This document shows positions 27,544 through 37,668 of a stretch of DNA of 64,000 nucleotides, piece after piece. The position numbers were made by a program, and so were the translations under genes. Position 1 is the first letter of the stretch. Each line of letters starts with the position of its first letter. A model generated the notes under the pieces. The model did not search any database, was not told where the DNA came from, and saw nothing but the letters and a program-made list of their open reading frames with translations. This DNA is from an uncultured virus (IMG/VR IMGVR_UViG_3300002138_000037) (Duplodnaviria; Heunggongvirae; Uroviricota; Caudoviricetes): positions 1 through 64,000 of IMG/VR virus record IMGVR_UViG_3300002138_000037; one strand, 5' to 3'.

Positions 27544-30243
27544 ATGATTAAGAGTCTCAAGAAAGATGATGTTAGTGCCGTTCCATTTGTCGTTTCAAAA
27601 AGATGGAGAGCCACAAGCAAGGAAAACACCAGTTTACTTCTAGGTGATGTAGATTTTGAATATGTGATATATTCATCATCTTTTTCTTCGGAAAGTGGGG
27701 ATACATTCACATCGGAAGAATCAAGTTCCACAAGTTCATCGTTTATCGCGGAATCATTCACCACCGGAGTAGCGGGCTTCTTATCTACTCCACTAGCTTT
27801 AGAATTTATAGATTATGGGGATGGTTGGCAATTTGGATGTACATCTTCGTTACGAAACATAAGTAATTATGAAATTTTGGTAGAAGATACATCTTCCTAC
27901 ATCAGTATCGAAGCCGCCTCCGAATTTTTCTTGTTGGAAAGTTACAACGAATTAAGTACGAGTCGTGATCCTTATAATGGTCCAACGTATAGATTTGATT
28001 TGACTATGGATGTTCCATTTACAAACTCATCATGTGATTTATGTCTCGAACAATCCGAGGATAATTTTTTGACTTTTGAAGATGGTATTCAAGTTGATAG
28101 TTATGTCAAATTTAATCCTGATATAGAGCCTCAAAATTTGAATAATACCTACAAACGTATTACTTACAATCAAATCAAGAACTTGTTCTACAACAATTCA
28201 AATGACCCAACGAAATTATTGGGGTTGGAAAATTTTGATGTGTTTTTGGATGCAAAAAATCGAGTTGTATATGATAATATAAAAGTTGTAACCATTCCTC
28301 AAGCATATTTTGGTGATAAAATTGTTGAAAATAGTGTGGAAATAATCGAAGATTCGGGTGACCAAGTTTATACCATTGTTGATGATGGTCGTGGAAATCT
28401 TCACGCACGAGAAAACATTTTCAGTGTAATAGTATCCGATGCAAATAAGGATATTAACTACTTCAATTCCGCATCGTATGTTAATTTTTCCAATTTCAAC
28501 TTCTCCGTAAACGATATTGGAGTAAGTTCATCTATTAATTGGCAGTATTACAAGAATAACATTCTGTATGTCAATCGTGATGTCATTGAAGATTTCGTCG
28601 TTCATGGATATACAATTAATGATGTGGTAACTCCAATCAGTTACAACTCTAATCTTATTTATGTGGGTGAAGCCGGTACAAATTTGGATGTAGTTTCATT
28701 ACCACATGAAGATTTGTTGGGATATTTCCGAAAAATTGAATGTGGTACGAATTTCGTAGTTGCATTGAAATCTTCGGGTGATGTGGTTACGTGGGGTGAC
28801 TCAACAATAACAACGACTATTCCTACGTTTGATACCAAAGTGAGGGACATATCAGTTGGTGACCAACACGCAATTGCAATTGACGATAATGGCAAAATTT
28901 ATGTGTGGGGAACATCAACTTACACCGGTTCACTACCAACTGTAACGAACAATTATAGATACATCAAAGCCGGACCTAGTGGTAGTGTAGCGATACATAC
29001 CAACGGACGAATTTATGGATTTGGCCACAGTTCATGTAATTTATTTACCAATATTCCACAAGTGGGAAATATAGATAAAGTAGAAATTGGTAGTCAACAT
29101 GGTATCATATTAGATAATAATGGTGATTTATACTCATGGTCATCAAACTCTGATTACAGTCAATCATTAATACCAACTAGTGCAGAAACGGGTATTCAAG
29201 ATGTAGTATGTGGTGATGACCACACCATTGCGTTAAAAACTGACGGTAGAATTATTGCATGGGGAAAGAATAATTTTTCACAATCGTTCATACCATTCGG
29301 GGAATCATTGACGGATTGGGCAGTAGTGGCTGGGGGAATCGCAACTGTTGGATTAGCGGATGTAAGTGCCGTTCTAGCTAAAGGAAATCGTAGTGTTGCA
29401 TCACAACGACGAATTACGGATGCGGTTGATAAACCATATAGGTTTACATTTGCATGGGGTCAACATCCATTCACAACCGAATATTCTTTGACGGATATAC
29501 ATTTGGGTAGAAATTACACAATATTGGATCCAAATGTAAATTATCAACAGTTGGTATATACAAATGATTATACATCTCCAACAATTTTGAAGGGTGCATT
29601 GAAATCAACAACAACATTGAATTTTGACATCAATCTTAACGGTACGAAAGAGTATAATTTAACGGATTACAAGGTTAAAATTTCCAAATTACATGACCCA
29701 CATGGAACTCCAATGTTTTCTGGTTTGGGATTTTTAACAACGAAGGTAAACAACAAAGAATTATATTCATACATTTCCAGTGGTGAAGATAATGAAATGA
29801 CAATGAGTGTGGGATTGAAAACTTTTTATCTTGACACTGGATCCATTGACTTATCCGATCCTCATTATGGTGGATATCGTAATGTACCAACATATATTAC
29901 TCGGTTAACATCGAGTATATCAATGGGTCAAACCGGTTCGAGGGATTATAATAACACAATGACTGGTCGGTTTGTAAGTTATGACCACTCAACAACTGAA
30001 TTGGTTGTTTTTGTGGATTCTGTTCAAGGAAGTGGAATTTATGATAATTGGTCGATTGATTTTGGTAAAATCATTGTGAATGAACTTTTGGATGAATTGA
30101 ATATCGCCGATACTACTTATAACCGATTGTATCTATCAGGTTCATCCTATACCACTTCGTCTAATTTAAATTCGATGTTAAAAGATGAATCGTTTATTGA
30201 ACACTATTTAGAAAATCAAGGTTCTTACGACCCTTACACATAA
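27544..30243 (+). CDS. virion appendage protein with RCC1-type beta-propeller repeats
   Basis: CGTNFVVALKSSGDVVTWG, VGDQHAIAIDDNGKIYVWG, CGDDHTIALKTDGRIIAWG. Confidence 0.85.
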   Translation: MIKSLKKDDVSAVPFVVSKRWRATSKENTSLLLGDVDFEYVIYSSSFSSESGDTFTSEESSSTSSSFIAESFTTGVAGFLSTPLALEFIDYGDGWQFGCTSSLRNISNYEILVEDTSSYISIEAASEFFLLESYNELSTSRDPYNGPTYRFDLTMDVPFTNSSCDLCLEQSEDNFLTFEDGIQVDSYVKFNPDIEPQNLNNTYKRITYNQIKNLFYNNSNDPTKLLGLENFDVFLDAKNRVVYDNIKVVTIPQAYFGDKIVENSVEIIEDSGDQVYTIVDDGRGNLHARENIFSVIVSDANKDINYFNSASYVNFSNFNFSVNDIGVSSSINWQYYKNNILYVNRDVIEDFVVHGYTINDVVTPISYNSNLIYVGEAGTNLDVVSLPHEDLLGYFRKIECGTNFVVALKSSGDVVTWGDSTITTTIPTFDTKVRDISVGDQHAIAIDDNGKIYVWGTSTYTGSLPTVTNNYRYIKAGPSGSVAIHTNGRIYGFGHSSCNLFTNIPQVGNIDKVEIGSQHGIILDNNGDLYSWSSNSDYSQSLIPTSAETGIQDVVCGDDHTIALKTDGRIIAWGKNNFSQSFIPFGESLTDWAVVAGGIATVGLADVSAVLAKGNRSVASQRRITDAVDKPYRFTFAWGQHPFTTEYSLTDIHLGRNYTILDPNVNYQQLVYTNDYTSPTILKGALKSTTTLNFDINLNGTKEYNLTDYKVKISKLHDPHGTPMFSGLGFLTTKVNNKELYSYISSGEDNEMTMSVGLKTFYLDTGSIDLSDPHYGGYRNVPTYITRLTSSISMGQTGSRDYNNTMTGRFVSYDHSTTELVVFVDSVQGSGIYDNWSIDFGKIIVNELLDELNIADTTYNRLYLSGSSYTTSSNLNSMLKDESFIEHYLENQGSYDPYT

Positions 30244-30244
30244 A

Positions 30245-32686
30245 ATGCATAAAAACATATACATAGATAAGAAAGATTTTGGATATGCGGTTGCGATAAA
30301 TGAAATTTACAGCGCTATTGGAAATCCATCGTTTGAAAACTTCTCTTCTTCCTCAAATGCGATATTGGAAGAAGGTAGTGTGGATTTTTATAAATACGAT
30401 GCTTTGACGACGGATAGATTTGCGTATAATTTTACTGTAAGACGAACTTCTTTAAACGGAGATTTTACCCTTTTTACAGAAAATTACACAACCTCATCAG
30501 ATTCATTAATTTCAGGTAGTAACGAGGTCATTACCGAGTTGGGAACTAGTTCTAGTATTGATACCTCGGTGTATGATAGTTCATCTATATTGATTGCGGA
30601 TTTTGATAACATAAAAATACTTCAATCAGATTTCGGTCGGTCTTTAGATGTTTATGATAATTTATGCGTCGTAGGTTCAACCAAAATGGTTTACACCTTA
30701 CTACACATTGATAATGTCGTTCGAGACGATGATGGTGTAGTCGAATTACACGATATGTCAAATTCGACATCCTCATTACTCGTTTCTCTCTATGCTTCGG
30801 ACACGGGATTGACCGATACAGGGTCTAATTCATTTGGTTGGTCCGTTTCTATGAATCAGGAGTTTATAGCGGTAGGCAGTCCATTTACGAACGTCAGTGG
30901 GTCAGTATTCGTATTCAAGAGTGGGTCAAGTGGATATACTTATCACAGCGTATTGACATCTAGTGCTGAAAGTTTTTTTGGTGGATGCCTTAAATTAGAC
31001 AAAAATTACAATAAGTTGGTTGTGGGTAACGGAAGTATTATGAATTCCGATTCTAAAGTGTATTTGTATGAGTATATTTCGTCATCGGATGCGTGGTCAG
31101 TAGTAACGACGTTTGAATCTAATCGAGAAGTAGAAAATCTTAACTTTATACCAGTACCACAATATTCACCTATCATTACATTACCAGATGGTTTTGGTAA
31201 CGCGGTTTCACTATATTGTTCATCCTCAAGTTCCGTCACGGTTGCGATAGGTGCTCCATACGACAGAAGTTATCAAGAATTTAGTGGTTCTAACTGTTAC
31301 CGTAATGGATGTGTTTATGTATTCGATTTAATTGAGTGTGAACTAAACACATCAAGTAGTTCATACTGGCGTGAAACGAAATTATTTGGAGATAGTGACT
31401 CGTTTAAATTTAACAGATTTGGACACGCGGTTGATTTGTATGACAGCAATCTTCTAATTTCATCTCCGAAGTTTTTATCCGAGTTCAGTTCTTCCTATAT
31501 CCAGAATACCCTTTTCAAAGCAGAAGATTGTGATGATTTGGAGGAAAATGATTACTTGGGTATGTTCTACATATACCAAAATACCGATGATAGTTGGGAT
31601 AATGTCTATGCGAAGTTCAAACCAAAAAAGAAATACGGTTATCCTTACAATTTCTTTGCACACGATGTTTGTATTTTCGATGAAAATGTCATTGTTGGTT
31701 CACCAATTGCATTGACGGATTCTAATAGATTGATTGAAATCATACAGGATAGGGATGATTTGGCGTTGAATCTTAATGGAGATTTTAACATATTTAACTT
31801 GTCTGATTTTGAGGCACATCATCACGTTGGTAATGTCTTTTATAAAACTGGAAAAATGGTCATATCCACATCCGGTTCAATTTTCGACTATATGTTTGAG
31901 AGTGATGTGAATGATGAGCCAATTTACGACATATCTTATAATAGCAAGACGTCTTTATATGAAAAGGAAATCATATGTACGGTTGAACCGGGGGAATTTA
32001 ACTATTCTACAAATCCGACATCTTATACCTATCCAACAGCATCATTGGACTTAAATAAAAGTGGTAAATTTGATTTTGAAGACTGTGATAAAATTTTAAG
32101 AGCCATTTACAAAAAAATAACAGGTGTGGAAACTTGGTGGAACCTGTTTCCGTTCGATTATCCATCTGGATTTGAAGAAACTGTTGAAGGAAGTTTGTTT
32201 TACTATTATCTAAGTGGTTCATTTGAGGATAAATCACAAATTGCCCTCAATTCTACCACCTTGACAACGGTTGATTATAACTACATAATTAACAATTTAG
32301 ATGACGTATTGGATGTAAATGCTGATGGTATCACCGATGATGACGACATTAGAATCATATGGAAATATTTCATTGATAAATTGACTCCTAACAACTATCA
32401 AAACTTCATCACCTCAAAAAGTGTAGGTATTAGAAGTCAATATGTTGATGCGAAAGATTATTTGGATTCCTTGACTAATCGTGGAATAACACCAACTATT
32501 AAAGACGCATTTCAAGATAGGTGGGTATCTAGTTCGATAAACCCAACTGGTTCATATCTATCACCATACATTACAACCATAGGTCTATATAATGGATTAG
32601 ATTTGATAGCTGTGGCTAAGTTAGGAACACCTATAAAAAATGAAGGTAATTTTCCTTTGAATTTTATTATACGATTCGACATTTAA
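30245..32686 (+). CDS. virion appendage protein with FG-GAP propeller, dockerin-like Ca-binding pair and C-terminal anchoring domain
   Basis: FGWSVS..AVGSP, FGNAVS..AIGAPY; DLNKSGKFDFED and DVNADGITDDDD; YITTIGLYN..AVAKL..RFDI. Confidence 0.85.
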   Translation: MHKNIYIDKKDFGYAVAINEIYSAIGNPSFENFSSSSNAILEEGSVDFYKYDALTTDRFAYNFTVRRTSLNGDFTLFTENYTTSSDSLISGSNEVITELGTSSSIDTSVYDSSSILIADFDNIKILQSDFGRSLDVYDNLCVVGSTKMVYTLLHIDNVVRDDDGVVELHDMSNSTSSLLVSLYASDTGLTDTGSNSFGWSVSMNQEFIAVGSPFTNVSGSVFVFKSGSSGYTYHSVLTSSAESFFGGCLKLDKNYNKLVVGNGSIMNSDSKVYLYEYISSSDAWSVVTTFESNREVENLNFIPVPQYSPIITLPDGFGNAVSLYCSSSSSVTVAIGAPYDRSYQEFSGSNCYRNGCVYVFDLIECELNTSSSSYWRETKLFGDSDSFKFNRFGHAVDLYDSNLLISSPKFLSEFSSSYIQNTLFKAEDCDDLEENDYLGMFYIYQNTDDSWDNVYAKFKPKKKYGYPYNFFAHDVCIFDENVIVGSPIALTDSNRLIEIIQDRDDLALNLNGDFNIFNLSDFEAHHHVGNVFYKTGKMVISTSGSIFDYMFESDVNDEPIYDISYNSKTSLYEKEIICTVEPGEFNYSTNPTSYTYPTASLDLNKSGKFDFEDCDKILRAIYKKITGVETWWNLFPFDYPSGFEETVEGSLFYYYLSGSFEDKSQIALNSTTLTTVDYNYIINNLDDVLDVNADGITDDDDIRIIWKYFIDKLTPNNYQNFITSKSVGIRSQYVDAKDYLDSLTNRGITPTIKDAFQDRWVSSSINPTGSYLSPYITTIGLYNGLDLIAVAKLGTPIKNEGNFPLNFIIRFDI

Positions 32687-32702
32687 CTGATATTTATTGT
32701 AT

Positions 32703-32930
32703 ATGGCAAATCAAATTAACAGAGAATCTTTGAAGACGAGTTTGGAAGACAGATATGGTAAATCCAAAGTTGGTGGGGCGTTTGATGCGAAATCAGCGGG
32801 AGTTAAATTTACCGATGGTATTGCCAATGATTTCGCAGATGGCTTTACCCGTGGTGGAAAAAATTCCAAACTTCCTAAGAAAGATTCTTCCTATCTCAAG
32901 GGTCATTCGACTCAGAAATACAAAGGTTAA
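32703..32930 (+). CDS. small hypothetical late protein
   Basis: ATG 32703 after TATTTAT at 32691. Confidence 0.7.
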   Translation: MANQINRESLKTSLEDRYGKSKVGGAFDAKSAGVKFTDGIANDFADGFTRGGKNSKLPKKDSSYLKGHSTQKYKG

Positions 32931-32962
32931 TTTTATATCGTGACACATACTATATATGTGAT

Positions 32963-33460
32963 ATGATATTAGGATTTGATGCGTCTACTACAACCGTGGG
33001 GTGGTCTTTCTGTGAAAACAACGTTATACTCGACGCGGGATTCATAGATATAAAAAAGTTGGAAACTTCCAAAGAAAAAACCTTCCACGTTCTGACTACA
33101 TTGAAGTCTCATAAACTTCTTCCCCAAGTTAAAACAATTCATCTCGAATCCGCACTCAGTGGTTTTGCTGGGGGATTCACCTCACAACAGGTGATAATTA
33201 AATTGGCACGATTCAACGCGGTATTTGAGTATATCGTGGCTGAAGAATGGAATCATCCAGTCGTTCTTCTCAATGTTAATACTACTCGTAAAAAAGTTCT
33301 CGGAAAGTGTCGTGAAAAAGGTATAAAATCCAAAGAATTCGTCAAGATGTATTTGGAGAAGATTCACCCAATCCACCAATTTGACGTTCTCAATAAAAAA
33401 GGAAATTGGGACGAACGTAATTCCGATATGTATGATGCAATGATACTTTCGTTATATTAA
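32963..33460 (+). CDS. ruvC: RuvC-like Holliday junction resolvase
   Basis: ILGFDASTTTVG, HLE, DMYDA acidic catalytic residues. Confidence 0.85.
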   Translation: MILGFDASTTTVGWSFCENNVILDAGFIDIKKLETSKEKTFHVLTTLKSHKLLPQVKTIHLESALSGFAGGFTSQQVIIKLARFNAVFEYIVAEEWNHPVVLLNVNTTRKKVLGKCREKGIKSKEFVKMYLEKIHPIHQFDVLNKKGNWDERNSDMYDAMILSLY

Positions 33461-33496
33461 ATTGACCTTTTCTATAATTTAGAGTAGTTTACGGAC

Positions 33497-34450
33497 ATGT
33501 TACATCAGGAAGAGATTGTATCAGTTTTAAACAAAGCGTTAAATCAGAAGGCTAAAATTAGAAAAGGCACTGATGCGGTTTATTTCTGCCCTAAATGTAA
33601 ACATTACAAACGAAAGTTGGAAGTCAACTTAATTACAGGTAAGTATAATTGTTGGTCATGTGATTTTTCCGGGTTAACTCTTCGATCTCTTTTCAAAAAA
33701 CTCAACGTTTCCCGTGAATTATACCGACTAGTTGATATAAAATCGACGCATAATATCGACGTGGATATTGATGTCGTCAATTTACGAAATCTATTCTCAC
33801 CAAAAGAAAATGTGGCTGAGATTGTCAATCTTCCAAAAGATTATAGACCACTATCCGAATATCACAACTCTCCAGAATATAGAAATGCGTTGAAATATTT
33901 GAAAGCAAGGAACGTATCTGATTACGATATTCATCGTTACCAAATTGGATATTGTGAAGATGGTGATTATCGTCAACGAATCATCGTTCCTTCATACGAT
34001 GGTGATAACAATTTGAATTTTTTCGTGGGTCGTAGTTATTATGACCAATGTTCTCTAAAGTATAAGAACTATGAGGGAAGTAAAAACGTGATTGGGTTTG
34101 AATCTTTGGTGGACTTCACACAGGAAATAACATTGGTTGAAGGTTCTTTTGATGCAATGGCGATTAGATATAATTGTGTTCCGTTATTTGGGAAAACATT
34201 GTCCAGAAAACTACGAGAATCGTTGATATTAAATGGAGTAACGTCGGTAAACGTGGTATTAGATAACGATGCGTTGTCAGAATGTCTCAATATTGTGACA
34301 TTCTTAATGAAAAACAACATTAAAACAAAGTGTGTTGTCATGACGGAGAAAGACCCGTCAAAACTTGGATTTGAAAAAACTTGGGAGATTATCAACAATA
34401 CAAAATTTATCGACTTCGATGAAATGTGTAAGTTAAAAATGAATTTATGA
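33497..34450 (+). CDS. DNA primase (Zn ribbon plus TOPRIM)
   Basis: CPKC..CWSC, RIIVP, VEGSFDA, LDND; leaderless promoter TTGACC(33462)-17 bp-TAGTTT. Confidence 0.88.
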   Translation: MLHQEEIVSVLNKALNQKAKIRKGTDAVYFCPKCKHYKRKLEVNLITGKYNCWSCDFSGLTLRSLFKKLNVSRELYRLVDIKSTHNIDVDIDVVNLRNLFSPKENVAEIVNLPKDYRPLSEYHNSPEYRNALKYLKARNVSDYDIHRYQIGYCEDGDYRQRIIVPSYDGDNNLNFFVGRSYYDQCSLKYKNYEGSKNVIGFESLVDFTQEITLVEGSFDAMAIRYNCVPLFGKTLSRKLRESLILNGVTSVNVVLDNDALSECLNIVTFLMKNNIKTKCVVMTEKDPSKLGFEKTWEIINNTKFIDFDEMCKLKMNL

Positions 34451-37400
34451 ACGTGCAAAAATTGAACTGTGATGTGACGGAGTTTATTGGAATATTTCAC
34501 ATTGCGGATATTCACATCCGATTAACAAAAAGACACGATGAATATCTCGACGTGTTTGAAAGGTTATATGAGGTCGTTGCGAAGACCCCGGAAAATACAT
34601 GTGTCGCAATATTGGGTGATTTATTTCACTCTAAATCAAATCTCAGTCCCGAATGTGTGGGTATAGCTTCTGATTTCTTACGAAGACTTGCTGATTTGCG
34701 TCCGACTATATTGATTGCGGGAAATCACGACGCAACTTTGACCAACAAGAGTCGAATGGATAGTTTGAGTCCGATTGTCAATGCTATCAATCACAAAAAT
34801 CTATTCTACTTGAAGGATACTGGTATTTATATCTTAGGAGACATTGTATTCAACCACATGTCCGTGTTCGATCCCGTAGAGAGTTATATCAGAGCCACCG
34901 ACATTCCTAAAATATACACCAATCAAGCAAGACACGTCATTGCGTTGTATCATGGAGCTGTTCATGATGCAGTCTCCGACGTCGGGTATCGAATTAACAA
35001 TCAATCGGTGACCGCAAATCTATTTGATGGACATGATATTGTCTTATTGGGGGATATTCACAAATATCAGACACTTGAAATTCCAGATTCCGATACGAAA
35101 ATTGTATATGTTGGTAGTTTAATCCAACAAAATCACGGAGAATCTCTTGACAGCCATGGGTATGTATTGTGGAATTTAAAACAACGAATACACAAACAAT
35201 TTGATATTGGTAATGAAAGGGGTTTCTATACTATCGACATTGATAAGGGACACCTTAAAACGGATTTATCAAATCTTCCTAAGAAAGTCAAATTACGAGT
35301 GAGATGTAATGACTCAGATTATTTAGAAATCAAAGCTGTCATTGATGAAATTCGTAAACGTTGTGAGGTAGAACATTTGGTGTATTTAAAATCCGCTAGT
35401 GGAACCACACCAAACTCAGCTGCGGTCAGTGTGGAAGAACTTTCATTGGCTGATTTGAATTCTGTGGAACATCAGAACAAGTTAATTAAAGAATATCTTA
35501 TGGCTCATACATCGGATAAAGAGGTTACCGATGATATGTATGAGACGATTTTTCAAATCAATACACAACAGAATCAGTTGATTGACAAAGATAAATTGGT
35601 CCGAAACATTCGATGGAAACCTAAAAAATTCGAGTTTAGTAACATGTTTAGTTACGGTGAGGATAACGTCATTGATTTTACAAAGATGAAAGATGTAATT
35701 GGATTGTTTGCATCCAATGCTTCGGGAAAATCCTCGTTAATGTCTGCATTGAGTTTTTGTATATTTGATAAATGTGATAGAGCATTTAAAGCAACGCACA
35801 TTTTAAATTCACAAAAGGCTACATTCCACTGTAAATTCAACTTTGAAATAGATAACACCGATTACTTCATTGAACGAAATGGTAAGTCGGATAAAAAGGG
35901 AAATGTAAAAGTGGATGTCAAATTCTGGAAAGAGGAAAATGGTTCCATAATCGAATTAAACGGAGAGGCTCGTCGTAGCACCAATGATTTAATCCGTGAT
36001 TTTGTGGGTAGTTATGAGGATTTCATCTTAACGGTGTTATCCATCCAAAATAACAAATCGGGTAATTTTGTTGATATGGGACAGTCCGAACGTAAAGATT
36101 TGTTATCACAATTTATGGGATTGAATATCTTCGATATACTACACAGTAGTGCGTCGGAGACACTTAAAGAATTGAATAATGATGTCAAGTTATACCACCG
36201 TTATGATAACGGTGTGTCGATTGACGATTTGAGTGAATCCATTGATGGATTCAAATTAGATTTGGTGACTTTAAATGAAGAGTCGGATAGACTGGTTGGT
36301 GAAAAGGAAAAATTGAATTCTTCGTTATTTGAAGAAACCACCAAGTTGATTAAAATTGAGAACAATATTCCGAAGAATATTACATCCCTCGAATCGACAC
36401 GTATTTCAGTATCTACAACCATTGCAAAATCGGAGAGTCAGATTGTAACATTGCAGGAATCTTTGAAGTTGGAATCAATTGAGTTGGAAAATACCAAAGA
36501 AGAATTGAAATCTATTGACACCGACGACGTTTCACAAAAATTCAATCAACTAAAAACGTTGCGAGAACAATTACAATCTATTAAACACATCATTGAGACG
36601 AAGAAGATTTTCATCACTGCTAAATTAGATAAAATCAATAGATTACATAACCACCAATATGATCCAAACTGCAAATATTGTGTCAACAATTCATTTGTTA
36701 AAGATGCGTTGGATGCGGAAAGCTCCCTCGACAATGATAAGGTAGAGGCTAATGATTTAGTCATCAATTATGAGGATAAGAAAAAACACATTGAGTCATT
36801 GGTGTATGTCGAAGAATTGCAACGAAAGTGTGATTTATTAAAAGTCAAGTTGAATAACTGCGACAGACGTATCATCTCTATAAACCGAGAAATTACATCT
36901 TTGGAGTCAACCGTCCAGTCGAACAGTGTTCACCTAACTAAGTTGGATAACGACATCAAACTCTATTACGACAATGAATCGAATATCAAATATAACCTCG
37001 AAGTGGAGTTGAAAGTAGGTAAAATACAACAGGAGATTAGAAACACCGATATATTAATCAAACAGAATAATACCAAGATAATCAACTTGTCTGCAAATTT
37101 GAGTGGATATGAAAAGAACATGCAGGAGAAAATTGTCAACCGAGATAAGATGAAAAAAACCGAATCTGATTTGAAGTTATACGATTTATACGTCAAATCG
37201 GTTTCCCGTGACGGTATTCCATTTGATTTAATATCCAAGGCTGTCCCGGTTATTGAAAGTGACGTCAATGAAATTTTATCTCAGATTGTGGATTTCTCGG
37301 TAAATATAGAAACCGATGGAAAAAATGTCGTCACCAATCTGGTGTATAGTGATAAGAAGTGGCCGTTAGAAATGGCGAGTGGGTTGGAGAAGTTCTTAAC

Positions 37401-37647
37401 CTCTTTGGTCATCCGAGTTGCATTAATCAATCTCTCAAACCTACCTAGACCCAATTTCATCGCTATTGACGAGGGATTTGGGTGTGCGGATTCGGATAAT
37501 TTGTCATCTATGCAATCCCTATTTGCAATATTGAAGTCGAATTTCGATTTTATGTTGATAATAAGTCATTTGGATATGATGAAAGATATGGTGGATGGTC
37601 AAATTGAGATAAAGAAAGAAGATGGACACTCGAAAATAGTATATTGA
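34447..37647 (+). CDS. fused Mre11/SbcD nuclease and Rad50/SbcC ATPase (gp47-gp46 fusion)
   Basis: DIH, GDLFH, GNHD, GDIH; ASNASGKSS Walker A; CKYC zinc hook; ASGLE signature; IAIDEGFG; IISH. Confidence 0.92.
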   Translation: MNVQKLNCDVTEFIGIFHIADIHIRLTKRHDEYLDVFERLYEVVAKTPENTCVAILGDLFHSKSNLSPECVGIASDFLRRLADLRPTILIAGNHDATLTNKSRMDSLSPIVNAINHKNLFYLKDTGIYILGDIVFNHMSVFDPVESYIRATDIPKIYTNQARHVIALYHGAVHDAVSDVGYRINNQSVTANLFDGHDIVLLGDIHKYQTLEIPDSDTKIVYVGSLIQQNHGESLDSHGYVLWNLKQRIHKQFDIGNERGFYTIDIDKGHLKTDLSNLPKKVKLRVRCNDSDYLEIKAVIDEIRKRCEVEHLVYLKSASGTTPNSAAVSVEELSLADLNSVEHQNKLIKEYLMAHTSDKEVTDDMYETIFQINTQQNQLIDKDKLVRNIRWKPKKFEFSNMFSYGEDNVIDFTKMKDVIGLFASNASGKSSLMSALSFCIFDKCDRAFKATHILNSQKATFHCKFNFEIDNTDYFIERNGKSDKKGNVKVDVKFWKEENGSIIELNGEARRSTNDLIRDFVGSYEDFILTVLSIQNNKSGNFVDMGQSERKDLLSQFMGLNIFDILHSSASETLKELNNDVKLYHRYDNGVSIDDLSESIDGFKLDLVTLNEESDRLVGEKEKLNSSLFEETTKLIKIENNIPKNITSLESTRISVSTTIAKSESQIVTLQESLKLESIELENTKEELKSIDTDDVSQKFNQLKTLREQLQSIKHIIETKKIFITAKLDKINRLHNHQYDPNCKYCVNNSFVKDALDAESSLDNDKVEANDLVINYEDKKKHIESLVYVEELQRKCDLLKVKLNNCDRRIISINREITSLESTVQSNSVHLTKLDNDIKLYYDNESNIKYNLEVELKVGKIQQEIRNTDILIKQNNTKIINLSANLSGYEKNMQEKIVNRDKMKKTESDLKLYDLYVKSVSRDGIPFDLISKAVPVIESDVNEILSQIVDFSVNIETDGKNVVTNLVYSDKKWPLEMASGLEKFLTSLVIRVALINLSNLPRPNFIAIDEGFGCADSDNLSSMQSLFAILKSNFDFMLIISHLDMMKDMVDGQIEIKKEDGHSKIVY

Positions 37648-37668
37648 TACCTATTTATAGGCATCATT

